From a virus (Duplodnaviria > Caudoviricetes): 64,000 nt of DNA. The translations under genes were made by a program, and so were the position numbers. The stretch spans positions 96,001-160,000 of the IMG/VR virus record IMGVR_UViG_3300028048_000052; one strand, 5' to 3'. The notes below the pieces were generated by a model that saw only the letters and a program-made list of their open reading frames with translations, was not told where the DNA came from and did no database searches. Below, piece by piece: positions 50,836 through 64,000 of the stretch; the stretch's first letter is position 1, and every line of letters begins with the position of its first letter.

Positions 50836-53800
50836 TTATGGTTCACACCAAGTTATTTGGTTATCCCCAACTATTTCTATAAATCTTGCTCATGGAGCAT
50901 CTTCTTTGCCCTTATTTGTATAAATTATATAAGAATAAGGAACAGACGTTGTACGGAATGGATTACCGCTACCATCTGGCAAAGTGGCTAAATTACTAGG
51001 ATCATTAATATCACCAATTTGGAATGTTGTAATTGCGGTAGCACCACCAACAGTGTCATTATAGCTAAAGCTATTTGTGCCCAAGGCTTTTACACAACCC
51101 GGAATTATAAAGGTTGTATTAGTTGTAGGCTTTAAAGCGTGGTTAAATGCATTAGCGTCAATTGATATTAAATGAATACATTGAGCCAACGATCTATTTT
51201 CCAAACTTTCACATCTTCTAAATGCATTTTCTCTAATAACAGAAAGAGATGCCGGGAATTCTACATAAGCAAGGCTTGTGCAGTTTGCTAAACAATATTT
51301 GTCATAAACCTCAGGAACAGCTCCAGTTTCCCAGAAGATATGAGTAATTTCTGTATTGTGGGAGAATCCGTTTAATGATTCATTTGAAGAGCTTATTGAT
51401 AATCCACCAACTTTTACTCCACCAACTGTCTTCGGTAAAGTGACTTTTCCTCTTACGCTATAACCTTCTTTTAATTTGATATAAACGCAAGGTTCACCTA
51501 AAGAGTAAGCGCCTCTAACATCATTGGTATAAGTATAGTCTTCTGTTTCAAAGAATTCTTCGCTTATTGGATTATTGTGAACATCGCCAATTTCAAAAAT
51601 TGGATAGTATGATAAATTAGAAGTAACTTTCTTTTGAGCGATATTTGCAAGATCTCCGTCTGGAGTTGTGGACCAGCCTCGTAAGATATAAGTATCTTCT
51701 AATGGTAAACTAAGGTCATTCTTATAAGGAGTTCTCTTTGGCGTTGGCACATATTGTCCATAAGGTACGAGGACAGTAACTTGTTCTTGCTGATTAAGGC
51801 CAGTAATCAAATAAACAGGATTATTAGCATCTTCAACAAGTAAATTTCCATCACCATCATAGAACTTAATACCAAATTTTTGTAATTCAAAAATTGCGTA
51901 TAAAGTAATGACACTATTTGTTTCGCTAAATTTACATTCATCAGTAGAAAGGGCTTGACCATCTGTAAATGTTTGGGTAAGAAGATCATAATTCCAAACC
52001 ATCTTATTTCCTTCTGGATCTAATGCCCATCCTTTAAATGTATAATTAGTTTTTGAAGGGATCTTTGTTGTTCTCGTCGGATTTTGATTTTCATACTGAC
52101 TTGGCGCAAAACGAATTACATCAATTTCGTTTTCTTTACCACTATCAATAATTTGTACATACTTAGCAATGTATGATTCACTAATATTTTCAGCTCTAAT
52201 TATTAAATTAGGCCAGTATTTACCGTATTTATTAGTTAATTCATCTTCTGCAATAGCAGTACCATCTGCGTTAGCAACAAATAAGCTACCGGTAATTGTT
52301 GGAACAGTAGCCCTACTTGCCATTGAATCATTGTTATTTGTAAATTGATTAATAGCACCTCTACTAAGGCCATCTTCATAATCATCAATAAATTTATCTA
52401 ATAATTCAAGACTTGTAATTGTTGATTTCGGTGCGCTTTCATCAAAGGTATAAACTCTACCATTTAAGGTATCGTTTTCCCAAGTTGTTCTTGTGTATGG
52501 TTCATAAGTGCTATGGTCAGTTACATAATAGTAATTAACTCCGTCTTGTTTTGTTTCACCATACTCAACTTGCGTATATGGAGACCAATCAATTTCATCC
52601 ATTCTGATCTTCAAACGACCACCAGCATTTTCTTTGATTTCAACGGCATTTCTTAATATTGTATAAGAATCATAACCAAGAGCATCGCCTTCAAATTCAA
52701 TTATACCCAAATCACTAGCTACGATAGGAGCACCACTGACATAATCGGTTAATCCTTCGACATATAAACCAGCATATTCTGATTCTGGTCTATAAACTAA
52801 TTTATTATCAACCACATCGGCAACAACTGGTGCAGTTTTTAAAATTCTTGTTAAATTCTTATTTTGAATAAATTTTAATATTGTAACAGTTGATGGTAAA
52901 TGTACAATTGTTAATGGAGCACCATCAGCAAATAACGCATATTTTAATTTAGTATCTAATGCTCTAAATTCACGCAACTTCTTTGGATTTGTTATATCAA
53001 GGAATGTATCAAAGTTACGTAAGTGCGTTAAATTAATTTTTTGTAATAATGGTTTTTCATTGCTATTTGCACCAGTACCTAAGTCAAAGTTAGCAACCTT
53101 TAATTTATTGTTGTAATAATTAGGAGCATCACTACCAAGTGTAATATCTAATAACTTAGCGCCTTGCGGCCAAGCAACTTCGGTAGCATACTTTGTACTT
53201 AAGTCACCGAAACTTGAAATATAATCAGCACCAGAGAAGTAGTTTAACTGCTCATCAACGGTGCCGGACTTAAAGCTCTCTAAAACACCAGTAGAAACGA
53301 TTGTATCCATTCCATCTGGGTATTTAATTGCGCTATAAGCTTCAGAGTTAGCAAATGTATTTTCATCTGTAAACCAAGTAATATAGAAGTTCAAGTATGG
53401 AGTAATCTTATATACCGGATTTGCATCATAGAATGGTACTGGATAAGTTGCTTGAATTTGATTTTCAGCGTGATTAACGTTATCCAAGTATTTATCTGAG
53501 GTATTGGCAGGGTCATTACCAGAAACACGGAATGCAACCGCATTCATTGTTTGTTGGACTGTAAATGAGCCACTATGCCATTTTGAATCCATGTATAACA
53601 GACGGTTATTGATTAATAATTCTCTTGAAAGAATTCTATCACCTTGGCAAGCATATAAGTAATTAGCTGTACCATAAGTACCATCTTGCATCTTCCATTT
53701 TTCAGTAACAGGTAATACGTATTTATAATATTCATCTAATCCAATAGCAACGATTGGTCTAACACCTCTCATAGCATATGAATTTGTGAATACATCTGGA

Positions 53801-56800
53801 TTAAATGTATAAGCACCTTCAATTGTATTGTAAGTGATTTTTGTATTTCTTAATGCTTTATAAGTAGCAATAATTTCACTTTGGAACATATCATAGAAAT
53901 TAGTCCATAAAACACTATCGCCAGTTGAGAATGTCTTATTTTCAGTTGAATCTTCATCATAATCCCATAATAAAGCACCAACGTTATTTAAACCTAACTG
54001 AGTATCAATATCATAGAAAATTGGATACCAAATGTAATCTCCACCTTGCTCATGTGGACCGAACGATGCAATCATCATATTTTTACCACGTGAGTCGTAG
54101 CAGAGTAATAATTCAGTCATGATGAAGTAAATAGTGCAGTAATGCCTATCTAAGTGCTTATTAAATTCATTTCTGAATTTTTGTCTTCTATATTCAACGG
54201 TATCATTGTGGAATGTACCGAATAATTTTTCTGAACCGCCAACCATTTCTGTCGTATAAGTAACAGTTGGATCATCAGAACGAGCAGTAACGCTCATCTT
54301 AATTGGCGTATCAAATACGAAATCTGGGCGAGCATGGGTTGTATCTGTGCTGTCTAACCAGTCAAATAAAACTTTAAGGTTGGCCATCTTTCTATTCATA
54401 TAAGCACAAATATCTGCGTTAGATGTACCACCAATAACTTCAGACCAGTCATCGCCACCATCATCAATTGTTTTATAGCTCTGCGCAGTTTTGAATGCGT
54501 CTGCTTCGGCGTTATATCTTGCTTCAAAGTGTTGAGCGACTTCAATCTTTGGATTTTCATTCGTTGAGTCAGCGGTTGGAGTCATAAAGCCTAATTCTCT
54601 CGCCGCGTCGTTTGGATAACGGAATGAACACCAAGTACCTTGGTTATCTCTTAATTCCCAGCATTCTGAAATATCAGCTACTGTTTCGCCATTCATGTAT
54701 GGCTGTTCATAATCTTCTTTAAAGCCATAATATTCATTAGAACCCTTGTCTAAGTTCCAATTATAACGGCCAATATAGGTAATAGAACCATCAGCACGTT
54801 TGTGGAAACACAAGTATGGGAAACCATAAACAGAAGTTCTATAATTCTTTTGAGAAGCATCAAAGCCGATATCGTCCAATGGGTGTTTATTGTAAATACC
54901 ACTACCCATTAAATTAGCAAAACCAGAGTTATATGAGCCAGAAGATTCCATATAGTCAATCTTCCAAGTAAATACGTTTGTTGCTAAATCGACATTATCC
55001 ATATGCCAATTTTTAGCTAATTTATTACCATCAGCGAGGGTAAAATCTTTATATTTAATTTTGCCATCTGGTTGTTCTTGCGGAACACCCATAACTGATT
55101 GACCAGCCAATTCACCTTTTGTATAATTCCAATTTTTAGCTTTTTTGAACTTAGTTTTGAAATTACGTCTTGGGTATTTCTGTGAAGAAGTACCTTGAAC
55201 ATTGATATCTACATTGTCAGCCGTAAAGCTTGGGCAATGAGTATAATACTCATAATCACTAATTAAGCCATCTTCTAATAATTTATCAGCAGTTGGGTTA
55301 ACAAATGTAATTGAAACTTTTTTATTACCGCCTTTAAAGTGAGGTAATTCATCATCATTCGGTGTGCCAGAAGAGTCAATCAATACATAAGGCATTGTTA
55401 AGTTATCTGGGTGGTCAATGTTATGTTGAACCAATTTAGCATATGATAATTTTGTTGCGTCATTAACATCTGTTAACTGGTTTTCATCATATAAATTAAT
55501 ATCTTTAATATCTGCGAGATAGTTATGAATAACTTCTGGCATTGTTAAAGCGATTGTGTAAATTCTAAATTTGTATAAATCAAAATCACAATAATTGGAA
55601 TTAATCTTAAATGGAATATTTTCCATCGTGATCGCAGCGATACCAGTTAAATTAACTGCGCCAGATAAGATACCATTTAAGTAAATTGATAATGTGTCTT
55701 TTGCTTTATCAACAACAAAAGTAATATTGATAATTTCGCCTTCTTTATATCTAACATTAACTGTTTTACCAGCAGTGTTAAAGTAAGCTTCTTGAGTACC
55801 AATACAGAAACCTTCATTGTTGGAATTTAAATATTTAAATACAACATTGTTTTCAGTTTCAACAATTTTACGAGTTGTATTAGACTCTTCCATTTCCATG
55901 TTACCATCGCTATCAAGTTTTACTTCATAACCATTTTGTCTAATCCAATCAATTGTTTGTTCTTCACCAATATTGTTTAATGTACCGGCAATTGCTCTAC
56001 CATTTGCGTCCCTTTCGGTAACAGAAGTCCAATATTTATATAATGGAATTTCAGTAACCAACGTAGCATATTTTTGAGCATTTTTAATTCTAAAACGAAT
56101 TTCAAAAGTATACTGGGTTGAACCGGTATTCATTGTAATTGTCTTATATGGAATTTGAACACTCGCGCCATTCGCAATAGACAAATATGAACCTAAGCCA
56201 TCTTTATCATCTTTCCAACCGTTATTATACCAATTGAAATTATTAAGAACAGCAGAGTAATCTTTTACTTTTGATTTCCAAATGCCTCTAGTCGCAGCGA
56301 TTTCTGTGCTAGAACGACCCATAGAATCAAAGTTAATATCTAATGCAGACTGGTTGACTAAAGACAAGTCTCTCGAACCTTCTGTCGTTACAGAGAAATT
56401 AATTCTTTTGCTTGTTGCGCCAGAACTAATCATAAATTCATTTTCACCAACGTCATACAAGGTCGTAACATCCCAGTATAACCAACCATCCGCAGAATAT
56501 CTAACCAATTCTGAACTAACCTGACTTCCATTTTTATAAAAATCAACGGTTGTAGGAGCGCCATTTCTTTCATTTACGGAGTCATAGACCATATAAGGAA
56601 TAATAGCAGATTCATATTGAATTACTACTGGAGTAATATCACCAACCCAAATTAAAGGTGTATCTTCTTCATCATCAGCCCAAGAGGCTTCAAAAGAAAT
56701 TGGGTCAGATGATAATGTTACTCTATTAACATCTGCGCTTAACCATAAATCAATGGTATGTTGACCATGAGATTGTCGAGGAATAGCCACGGTTTGCGCA

Positions 56801-57723
56801 TTTTCCATATTATCATCAATTAATTTGACATTGTTATCAAACTCTTCTCCGTCAACTGCTGTATGAAGTTTTACATTTAAGCCTTTGCCATAAGGAATAT
56901 AACGGAGTTGTAAATCTCCACTTTGAACAGCAATATAATTTGTACCAGATTGCTTATCAATATGCATGTCTACAACTTTAATATTTCTTTTCCTTGTGGA
57001 AGGTAAAACGGCCATACCGGCGTTATCAGAATCGACACTTACTGTCATTGTAATATTTGAATTAATAGGTAAGAAATTTAAATTTAATTTATAAGGTTCA
57101 CCAGAACGAATACCACTTTGAGTAAAAGCTTCTGAATAACCATCGTTTCCTGTAAATTCAAAGTTTAAAGAAACATATCTATCGGTATTTCCATTAATTG
57201 CTTCACCAGTTACGGAAACATAATAATTTTGTCCTTGTACTAATGTAGCATTTGAATCAAGCGTTGATGAATCAATGGTAACTTTTAATGTCGGTTCAAC
57301 GATGCCTCCACCGCCTCCTCCGCCACCACCAGAACCACTGATGGCCATACGAGTACAGAAGTAATTTCCTTCTGCGTTAACCTTTACAAAGCGATAAAAA
57401 GCTCCATCTGTGCCAATAATTAAATCATCAACTTTAATTTCAGCTTCGCCTGTATCAACGTAAGCCGAATCAAGTACATAATAATTAGTACCATCATCGT
57501 CATCCATCGTACCAATCGGCATTTCTTCGCTTGTTGGTTGTGAGCTATAAAATAAGGAAGCTCCCGCGCTTGAACTACCAACTTTAACTCTTTCGTCTTT
57601 TGTATCTAAAAAGATTTCTCCAGAGTCCGTCGAAAAATAAATAAATCCCGGCGATATATTGGTTTGATCAATTTTTTGCCTTGTACCATACGCAGGTTTA
57701 AAAGCTATTTTCTGTTCGCTCAT
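50836..57723 (-). CDS. 2295-aa virion surface or fibre protein (lectin-like, CotH-like, LRR and B-repeat regions)
   Basis: VQGTSS..YPRRNFK, DSRGKNMM, YDIDT (CotH-like); YTFKGW B-repeats; IRENAF..C.SL LRR; TGA 17 codons before the true stop. Confidence 0.7.
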
Positions 57724-57857
57724 TATTATCTCCTTTCCTCTATCAAAAAAAAGAGGAAGAAAGTTTATAAAAAAGCTTTCTTCCTCAAAGTTTTTATTAT
57801 TTCTTTCTAATACATATTAAAAAGATAAAAGATTGATTAATAGGGTTTGCCCGTTAA

Positions 57858-59405
57858 TTAAAATTGACCCCAAACGATATCAATTGTTGTGGTATCGCCA
57901 GAACCAGAAATTGCAATGCTACCAGTAGAAGCTAACTTCAAACTGATCGTGCCTAAATCTCCATCATTGGTATGAGTAATTGTAGCAACATTGTTTGCAA
58001 CAGATGAAGTTGTCGTCCAAGCACCAGCATCAAGCTGTGTATCAACAACAGTAACTGTCTTAGTAGCAACAGCAGTAACATGCCCTTGTGCATTAGTGGT
58101 AACACCAGTAACAACATCAAAGACTAAGTTAGTACTAGGAGACTGAGTTTCAGCACCCTTTGTTGGATCAGTACGAGTAACATTAGCATGCTTAACTTCA
58201 ATACTATTACCATTAGTTGATGTAGTATCTGTTAATTCAATACTCGTTCCAGCAGTAAGAGCGATCTGTGCAACAGGATCATCATCACTATTGTTAATTA
58301 CAATACCATGAGTAGTTGCGCTTCCAGCATAAGTGGTATCAGTATCATTGCCCTTAACTACATCAAAAGTTGCACTAGCAGAAGGAATTACACCATCTGT
58401 TTCAGTGCCCTGAACAATGACTAAATAACCCGGCTTAACTGCTTTTCCACCAATTGTGAATTCTTGATCAGCTAACCATACATCACCATTGTGAAGTGTA
58501 GAACCAGTGATCGTAGCAGCGGAAGAAGCAACGCCTCTATAAGTCATTGCATTGATTGTCTTTTCAAGATTATCAATAGCATTAGTTAATTCAGCACTTG
58601 TCGGTACACTTAAAGTAGCAACGCCATTTACAAAATGAACTGTCTGATTTGCGCTATTACCATAGACAATAGTTGGATCTAATGTTACTGGGAAGTCAGT
58701 TCCACCACCAGTGCTAATTTCCCATTTAAAGCCAGTAGCTTCGTTTGAAGCAGTAAAATCATCAATACCACTAACGCCATCTTCCTTAACTTGGAACTTA
58801 ATGCTACCATCTGCTTCACGAGAAACGTTAATACTAGTACTATCAACTAATTTAACAAAGCTATCGCCACTAGCAAGAGCAGTACCATTCTGAGAAGGTG
58901 TTAAATTAATTCTAACATCATTATTATCCGCAGCTGTACTAACAGCATAAGTTGTATCAGGAGCAACGCCAATAGTTAACTCGCCATTTGCGCCCTGACC
59001 AATCGTTACATTGTTTGTCGCAGCGGCGACAGTGAAACTACCATTGACCTCATTACCATGAGTATCTTCTGCATGGAAAGAAACTACACCATTATTTACA
59101 GATAAAGCATCATTTGCAGCTTCTAATTGAGTATCAACATTTGTTTGTAACCAAGTAGTACCATTGCTCCAAGCTAAAATATTGCCATCTGTTACATAAT
59201 AGAATTCGCCCTGATGTTGAGCAGCGGCTGGTAATACACTTACGCTTGTAACAGTTGTAATACCTTCGGCAATTGGTAATAACTCGTTGCCATTACCCAA
59301 GAATAAACGCTTGCTATCGGTTGTGATATATAACGCACCATCTTGAATACTACTACCAGAAGGTAAATTAGCTTGTAAGCCACGTAAAAACTTTACATTT
59401 GCCAT
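57858..59405 (-). CDS. Thr/Ala-rich tail fibre or spike-like protein
   Basis: MANVKFLRG..LP..DGALYITTD..LFLG N-terminus; repeated DTTY motifs. Confidence 0.6.
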   Translation of the reverse strand: MANVKFLRGLQANLPSGSSIQDGALYITTDSKRLFLGNGNELLPIAEGITTVTSVSVLPAAAQHQGEFYYVTDGNILAWSNGTTWLQTNVDTQLEAANDALSVNNGVVSFHAEDTHGNEVNGSFTVAAATNNVTIGQGANGELTIGVAPDTTYAVSTAADNNDVRINLTPSQNGTALASGDSFVKLVDSTSINVSREADGSIKFQVKEDGVSGIDDFTASNEATGFKWEISTGGGTDFPVTLDPTIVYGNSANQTVHFVNGVATLSVPTSAELTNAIDNLEKTINAMTYRGVASSAATITGSTLHNGDVWLADQEFTIGGKAVKPGYLVIVQGTETDGVIPSASATFDVVKGNDTDTTYAGSATTHGIVINNSDDDPVAQIALTAGTSIELTDTTSTNGNSIEVKHANVTRTDPTKGAETQSPSTNLVFDVVTGVTTNAQGHVTAVATKTVTVVDTQLDAGAWTTTSSVANNVATITHTNDGDLGTISLKLASTGSIAISGSGDTTTIDIVWGQF

Positions 59406-59430
59406 ATATTATTTTTTCCTCCGTTATTTA

Positions 59431-60207
59431 TTATTCTTCTTCTGACCCATCGATTCTCATTCATCTTAAACGACTATCTAGGTCATCAATCTGATCTTGT
59501 AAATCAGTATCTTTTGCCTTTAAGGCATTGATTTCATCTTCTAAATTGCCAACACTTGTTTCAACAACAGTTAATCTTGAATTGATTTCTGATGCACTAT
59601 CTGGGTGGTCAGCAATTCAATCTGCGATTTCTTTGAGAGTATCGAAATCTTCGCTTGCGCCAGCCACAATCTTTGCAACTTCTTCAGCGGCGACTTCTCT
59701 CATTGATAAGGCAGAGTCTTCACCCCTAATAGTATTAACATCTGTCCTCAGTTGGACAAGCTCTTGCGCCTGTATCTCTGATAACCCAGCGACCTCTGCC
59801 CAAGTGCCATCTCCACGCAAGAATTTTTCTTGATCTCCAGCGCGTGGGGCAGGAACAATACCAGCAACACCGTCAACAGTTGCAGTAGCTCCAACCATTT
59901 GGACCAAACTGCCGGTAATATCATCAAAGACTTCACTAAATGGTTTATTTACCCATTTTTGCTGTTCCCCATCATATACCAAAATAGAATTTGGTGATAT
60001 ATTACCACTTAACAGTATATCTTCTAAATCAGATAACGAAATATTAGAAGTTAAACTTCCGCTAATTAATTTGTCACCTAAATATAGAAGGCCAGTAATC
60101 GCATTATTTTCAGAAATAAAATACAAGCAATCAGCATCTTTTGTGGCTAATGCCTGAAACTGTGCAGGAGTGCCACGTCTAAATTTTACATAATTTGCTA
60201 ATGCCAA
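59431..60207 (-). CDS. Fibre-like structural protein (2 TGA=Trp)
   Basis: G.VPAP.AG..KFLRGDGTW and FDTLKEIAD*I motifs; reads through to TAA 59431. Confidence 0.75.
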
Positions 60208-60309
60208 GGTAATATTCCTCCTTCATTTTATCTCTTTCACTCTTATTTAATAAATATAAACAAAAAAATAAACTGGCTTGCCCAAAGGACAAGCCAGTTC
60301 AATATTTTT

Positions 60310-63300
60310 TTATTGCCATGCATTGAGTAATTCTCAATAATTACGGTCTATATTATCGGTAAAACTTCCTGTTTTTACGCCATTCTTTGTTTTGATATAA
60401 ATGTAATTCTTTTCTGGTTGTGGAGCAACATAATTTGACTCACCTTGAGTTCCAGATTCTGCGACTGCGTCTGAATGACATACCCAAATCCATCCAGATT
60501 TTACATCAGGAACAGACATTTCATTACTACCTAAACCTGTTGTTAAATTCGTAGGGATATGGTCTGGATCAGAACGAATAATACCGCAATAGTTATTAAT
60601 AATACCGCTTTCATTACCACTGCCTTCAATAGTCTGATTATTAATATTATTAATCTGCGCTTGAAGTTTATTCAAACCTTGCCCTAAAGTATCTGTCGCC
60701 GCGATTGGCGTATTAGATCCTCTATTGCTAGGACTATCTAAATCAGTTAATGGTCTATTGGCGATATGATCTAATTGCCATTGCAATTTAGCAATTGCTT
60801 CGGTAAGATTATCGTTGTCATCAACGTTATCGCCCATCGATTCATTAATGTCATTAATATAATAATTATCATAATCATTTAACGTTATGTTGTTAGCACC
60901 GGCGTTAATATGAGTAATTAATTTATTAAATGCATCACGCACAGTATCAGCAGAAGTAATTGAAACATTTCCAGAAGGAGAAGTTAAAGTACCAATTGTT
61001 GCACTACCATTTGTTTCTAATAAAATATCAGCAACTTTAACAGTGGTTTCTTTTTCTCCAATCACGTGTCCTGCGTTATCAATAACAGGGCTATGAAGAA
61101 CTATCCTATTGCCAGTAGCATCATCTGGGACAAAACCAAATGGATCATGGGCTCTATCATTATTGGCTTCATCAGCCTCTAATGTATCTTTTAAAGCATC
61201 TACGTAACCACTTAATTCATCATTACGATCTGCGTCTTCGCTTAATGGCAAATGGGTTGAATTTTCTCCATCAAAATCATTAACATTGTCATGCACAATA
61301 TCTAATATCATTTGACCAGTTTCTTCATCAAAACTAGGAGTAAGACTAACTCAAGATTCGCCATTATCATTTTCAGAATTTAAAGCGACTGGCCCAAGTT
61401 TACCATATTCATTAACTCCATATAATTGGCCCGGAATTAATGGTTGTTCAAATCCATCAATAATATCGTGCAATTGGTTAAGGCAACCCTGAACGGTATT
61501 ATTATCACGAGTTCTTGTATTACCAGATTGCAAAACCTCATTTATTCTTAATAATAAGCCATGTAAAGTATTAATATTTCTAGCAAAATCATTTAATTCT
61601 TTAAAGACTTTTGAATCTTGTTTAATGCCAATCTTTAATTTTGGATTTTCTCCGCCAAAATATTTTTCGATATCAGAATCTTCTAAAATAATTTGTGTAT
61701 TTAACTTTTGATATTTTGTAAAATCATCTTCTACTGATTCATCAACATCTATAATATAATACTCATTACCAGCGACATATAAATTCATTGGCAATTGCCC
61801 AGTAGAGAAATCAGGCCTATCAGCTGGCATATACTTATTACCATCTTTGTAATAAAGAGTAAATTCTGTATAATATCCATTTTTTCCTGCGGTGATATAC
61901 TCATTATCTACATCAAAGTTACTCGTTAATCCGAAGCCTACAAAACTTTCATCTTCAAGTTTTCCTCAATTTGGTTGATCTTTAATTTGCCAATAAGTAT
62001 ATTCTTCACTAACTCCATTGAAATCTAAATCTTCTTCTCTTAAAGAAACTCTATTAAATGAAATAATTGGATTATTTTGTTCATCTATAGTACTTAAATT
62101 AAATTCTTCACTTACATCTTCACCAGCCTCAATTGCCAATGCCCTTGCTTTTAATGGATCGTCTTCAGGGTGCCTAAAGTCAGCATAATAACATCCAGTA
62201 GTTGGTAAAGTTACCTTTTTCTTTGTGGCTGTTGCATAATGACTCTCACTTGGATCATGATTATAATATAACGGCCAGCCTAATTCTATTTTTCCTTCAG
62301 TACCATAATCTTTGTAATAACTTCTATTATTAAATAATATCCTATTTAAATCAATATGGCCAAATTCAGAAGTAACGGTTTCTCCTTCTGGGGATAGCTC
62401 TGGTGCGTGTTCATAATAATAGTGGACTTGAATTGGCTCGTTTAAATTAATTTCTGAGCTATTGGTTGCATTTCGCAATGCTTCCTTAAATTCATCAGCA
62501 CTCTTTATATCACCGTTGCTATATTTTACTCATAGATTATCTGTACCAATTTTAACTTCTGATAATTTTATATAGTTATTTCTATTAGGATCTGCGTTTT
62601 TATCTGCTTTAAGGACATACCAACGTTCATTGTCTAACATGTATCCACTAACTTCATGGAAATCTAATAACTCATACCATTTATCTGCTATTTGAGCCCC
62701 TTGTTTTCATTGATTTATTAAATATTCTCCATTATGTGCTTCATAAAAATGCTTTGGTGCACTTGGTTCTTGCGCGTCAGTGTAACCAGTAGGAATTTCT
62801 GTTTTTTCTAAATAATAAATTTCATTTTTATTAATTTTACTAGCACTTCCGACGTATTTTAATGTACTTGGTAATGTGTAGTATTTCCAACCTTCAGAAG
62901 CAATACCACTTCCATTAACACGTTTATAAATATTGCCGTTAATTTCATTACTATAAACATTGTCTGGCATCTTATTTGCCATAACTTCAAAGTAATTATC
63001 ATTACCGGTCTCATAATTTTCTTTAAATTGTTCAGCTGTTAAAGTTTCAAGCTCAGTATAAGGTATTTCTTTAAAGCCAACACTTTTTGAAACATAGTAG
63101 TAATGACCTTGCTGAATATTTTTATCTGCTGGTTCGCCGTCTTCATTTAAAGCGTTATAATCTTTTGTTGCATAATAAATTTGCCAAGTATGCGCTTTTT
63201 GAGGATCGGCATAATCATCAGTAGTTGGAATATCCTCGTTTGTAATAATCATACCCATTAAATCATGAGCACTATTAATTGTTCCAACTAAAGAATCGCC

Positions 63301-64000
63301 CTCTTCTGGAACGTATTCTGTATAGTCATCTTCTCTTGTATAATGTACTAAGTGCTGTTTTTCATTATGAGCTGTTAAAATATCATTTGCATCTTCCCAC
63401 GCATGAAGAGTTTTTCTTTTATTGGTTTGCTTATAAAGTCCAGATTTAAATTCTTCACCTTTATATTCAATATATTTTTCTTCATTTGGGTCAAGTTTTT
63501 CATAATAAGATTCATTCGCGTCAAAATCTTCTTCTAAAATCGGCTCATAACCACTCACGCCATAAATTATATCCCACATTTCTGCGACAGTATCGCCAAG
63601 AGCAGGCAAAATAACGCTTAAACCTTTCATATCATCATAAGGTTTGTTTTCAAAGTTTGTTGTAGAATCTTCATCTTGATTTGCATATTTTGTGCCAGAT
63701 TGATAATTGTCTATTTGAATAACGTTTTTGTCTTTGCCAACTCCAGAATAAACACTATTATCTCTGCTGAAGCCTATTTTATTAAAATATATAGCTCCAT
63801 TATAACTCTTTATAGTAGACTCATTTATTTTATGTTGTGTATCTAATTCAGTTCTTTTTAACTCTAATAAGCCAACATCTGTTTTTCCATCCAAATGAGG
63901 AATATCTTCTTTTAATTCATCAACATCTGCAATCATAAAACCCCAAGGAGTTTGCATATGTAAATTATAATAAACATTTGTACTATCTTTATCAAAATGC
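60310..64000 (-). CDS. Large acidic virion protein, 5'-partial (5 TGA=Trp)
   Basis: Track ORFs ending at 62707, 61966, 61351 and 60334 share one frame separated only by TGAs; true stop is TAA at 60310. Confidence 0.8.

Noticed and set aside
979-59936. Many short antisense or alternate-frame track ORFs inside long genes
   Set aside because: They overlap well-supported genes and show no RBS or motifs.
60310-64000. Fragmented ORFs here and in the lysin, nrdG and RuvC-like genes as pseudogenes
   Set aside because: All breaks are same-frame TGAs at plausible Trp positions.
1-64000. CRISPR array, DGR, integrase, IS element, rRNA or inteins
   Set aside because: No repeat-spacer array, reverse transcriptase, recombinase or transposase motif, or oversized intein-bearing protein was seen by eye.

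Overview
AT-rich segment of a large tailed phage, probably infecting an anaerobic, walled Bacillota host (sigmaA-like TG-n-TATAAT promoters, CHAP endolysin, nrdDG, fhs). The + strand (1-46500) carries lysis, nucleotide-metabolism and replication genes, and the - strand (46560-64000) carries a tRNA, a holin and virion proteins. TGA encodes Trp. In-frame TGAs fall on conserved Trp motifs (FDTLKEIAD*I, KYG*DNFEH, *HCKCDCG) and join many fragmented ORFs of the supplied track. They concentrate in lysis, nuclease and structural genes and are absent from most core replication genes. Three group I introns are present (thyX-like gene, nrdD, tRNA). Two things stand out. (1) A 96-nt tRNA with a Trp-type acceptor stem has a UCA anticodon that forms only after group I splicing, and it carries a second, CCA-anticodon-like stem-loop in its variable region. 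(2) Two replication genes (dnaE and a RecD/Dda-like helicase) are each broken inside a conserved motif by a tiny insertion of the form [codon]-TAG...[same codon], sharing TAGGTAA-N7-TTG, a candidate programmed ribosomal bypass system. All calls are from reading the sequence by eye; no database searches were run.
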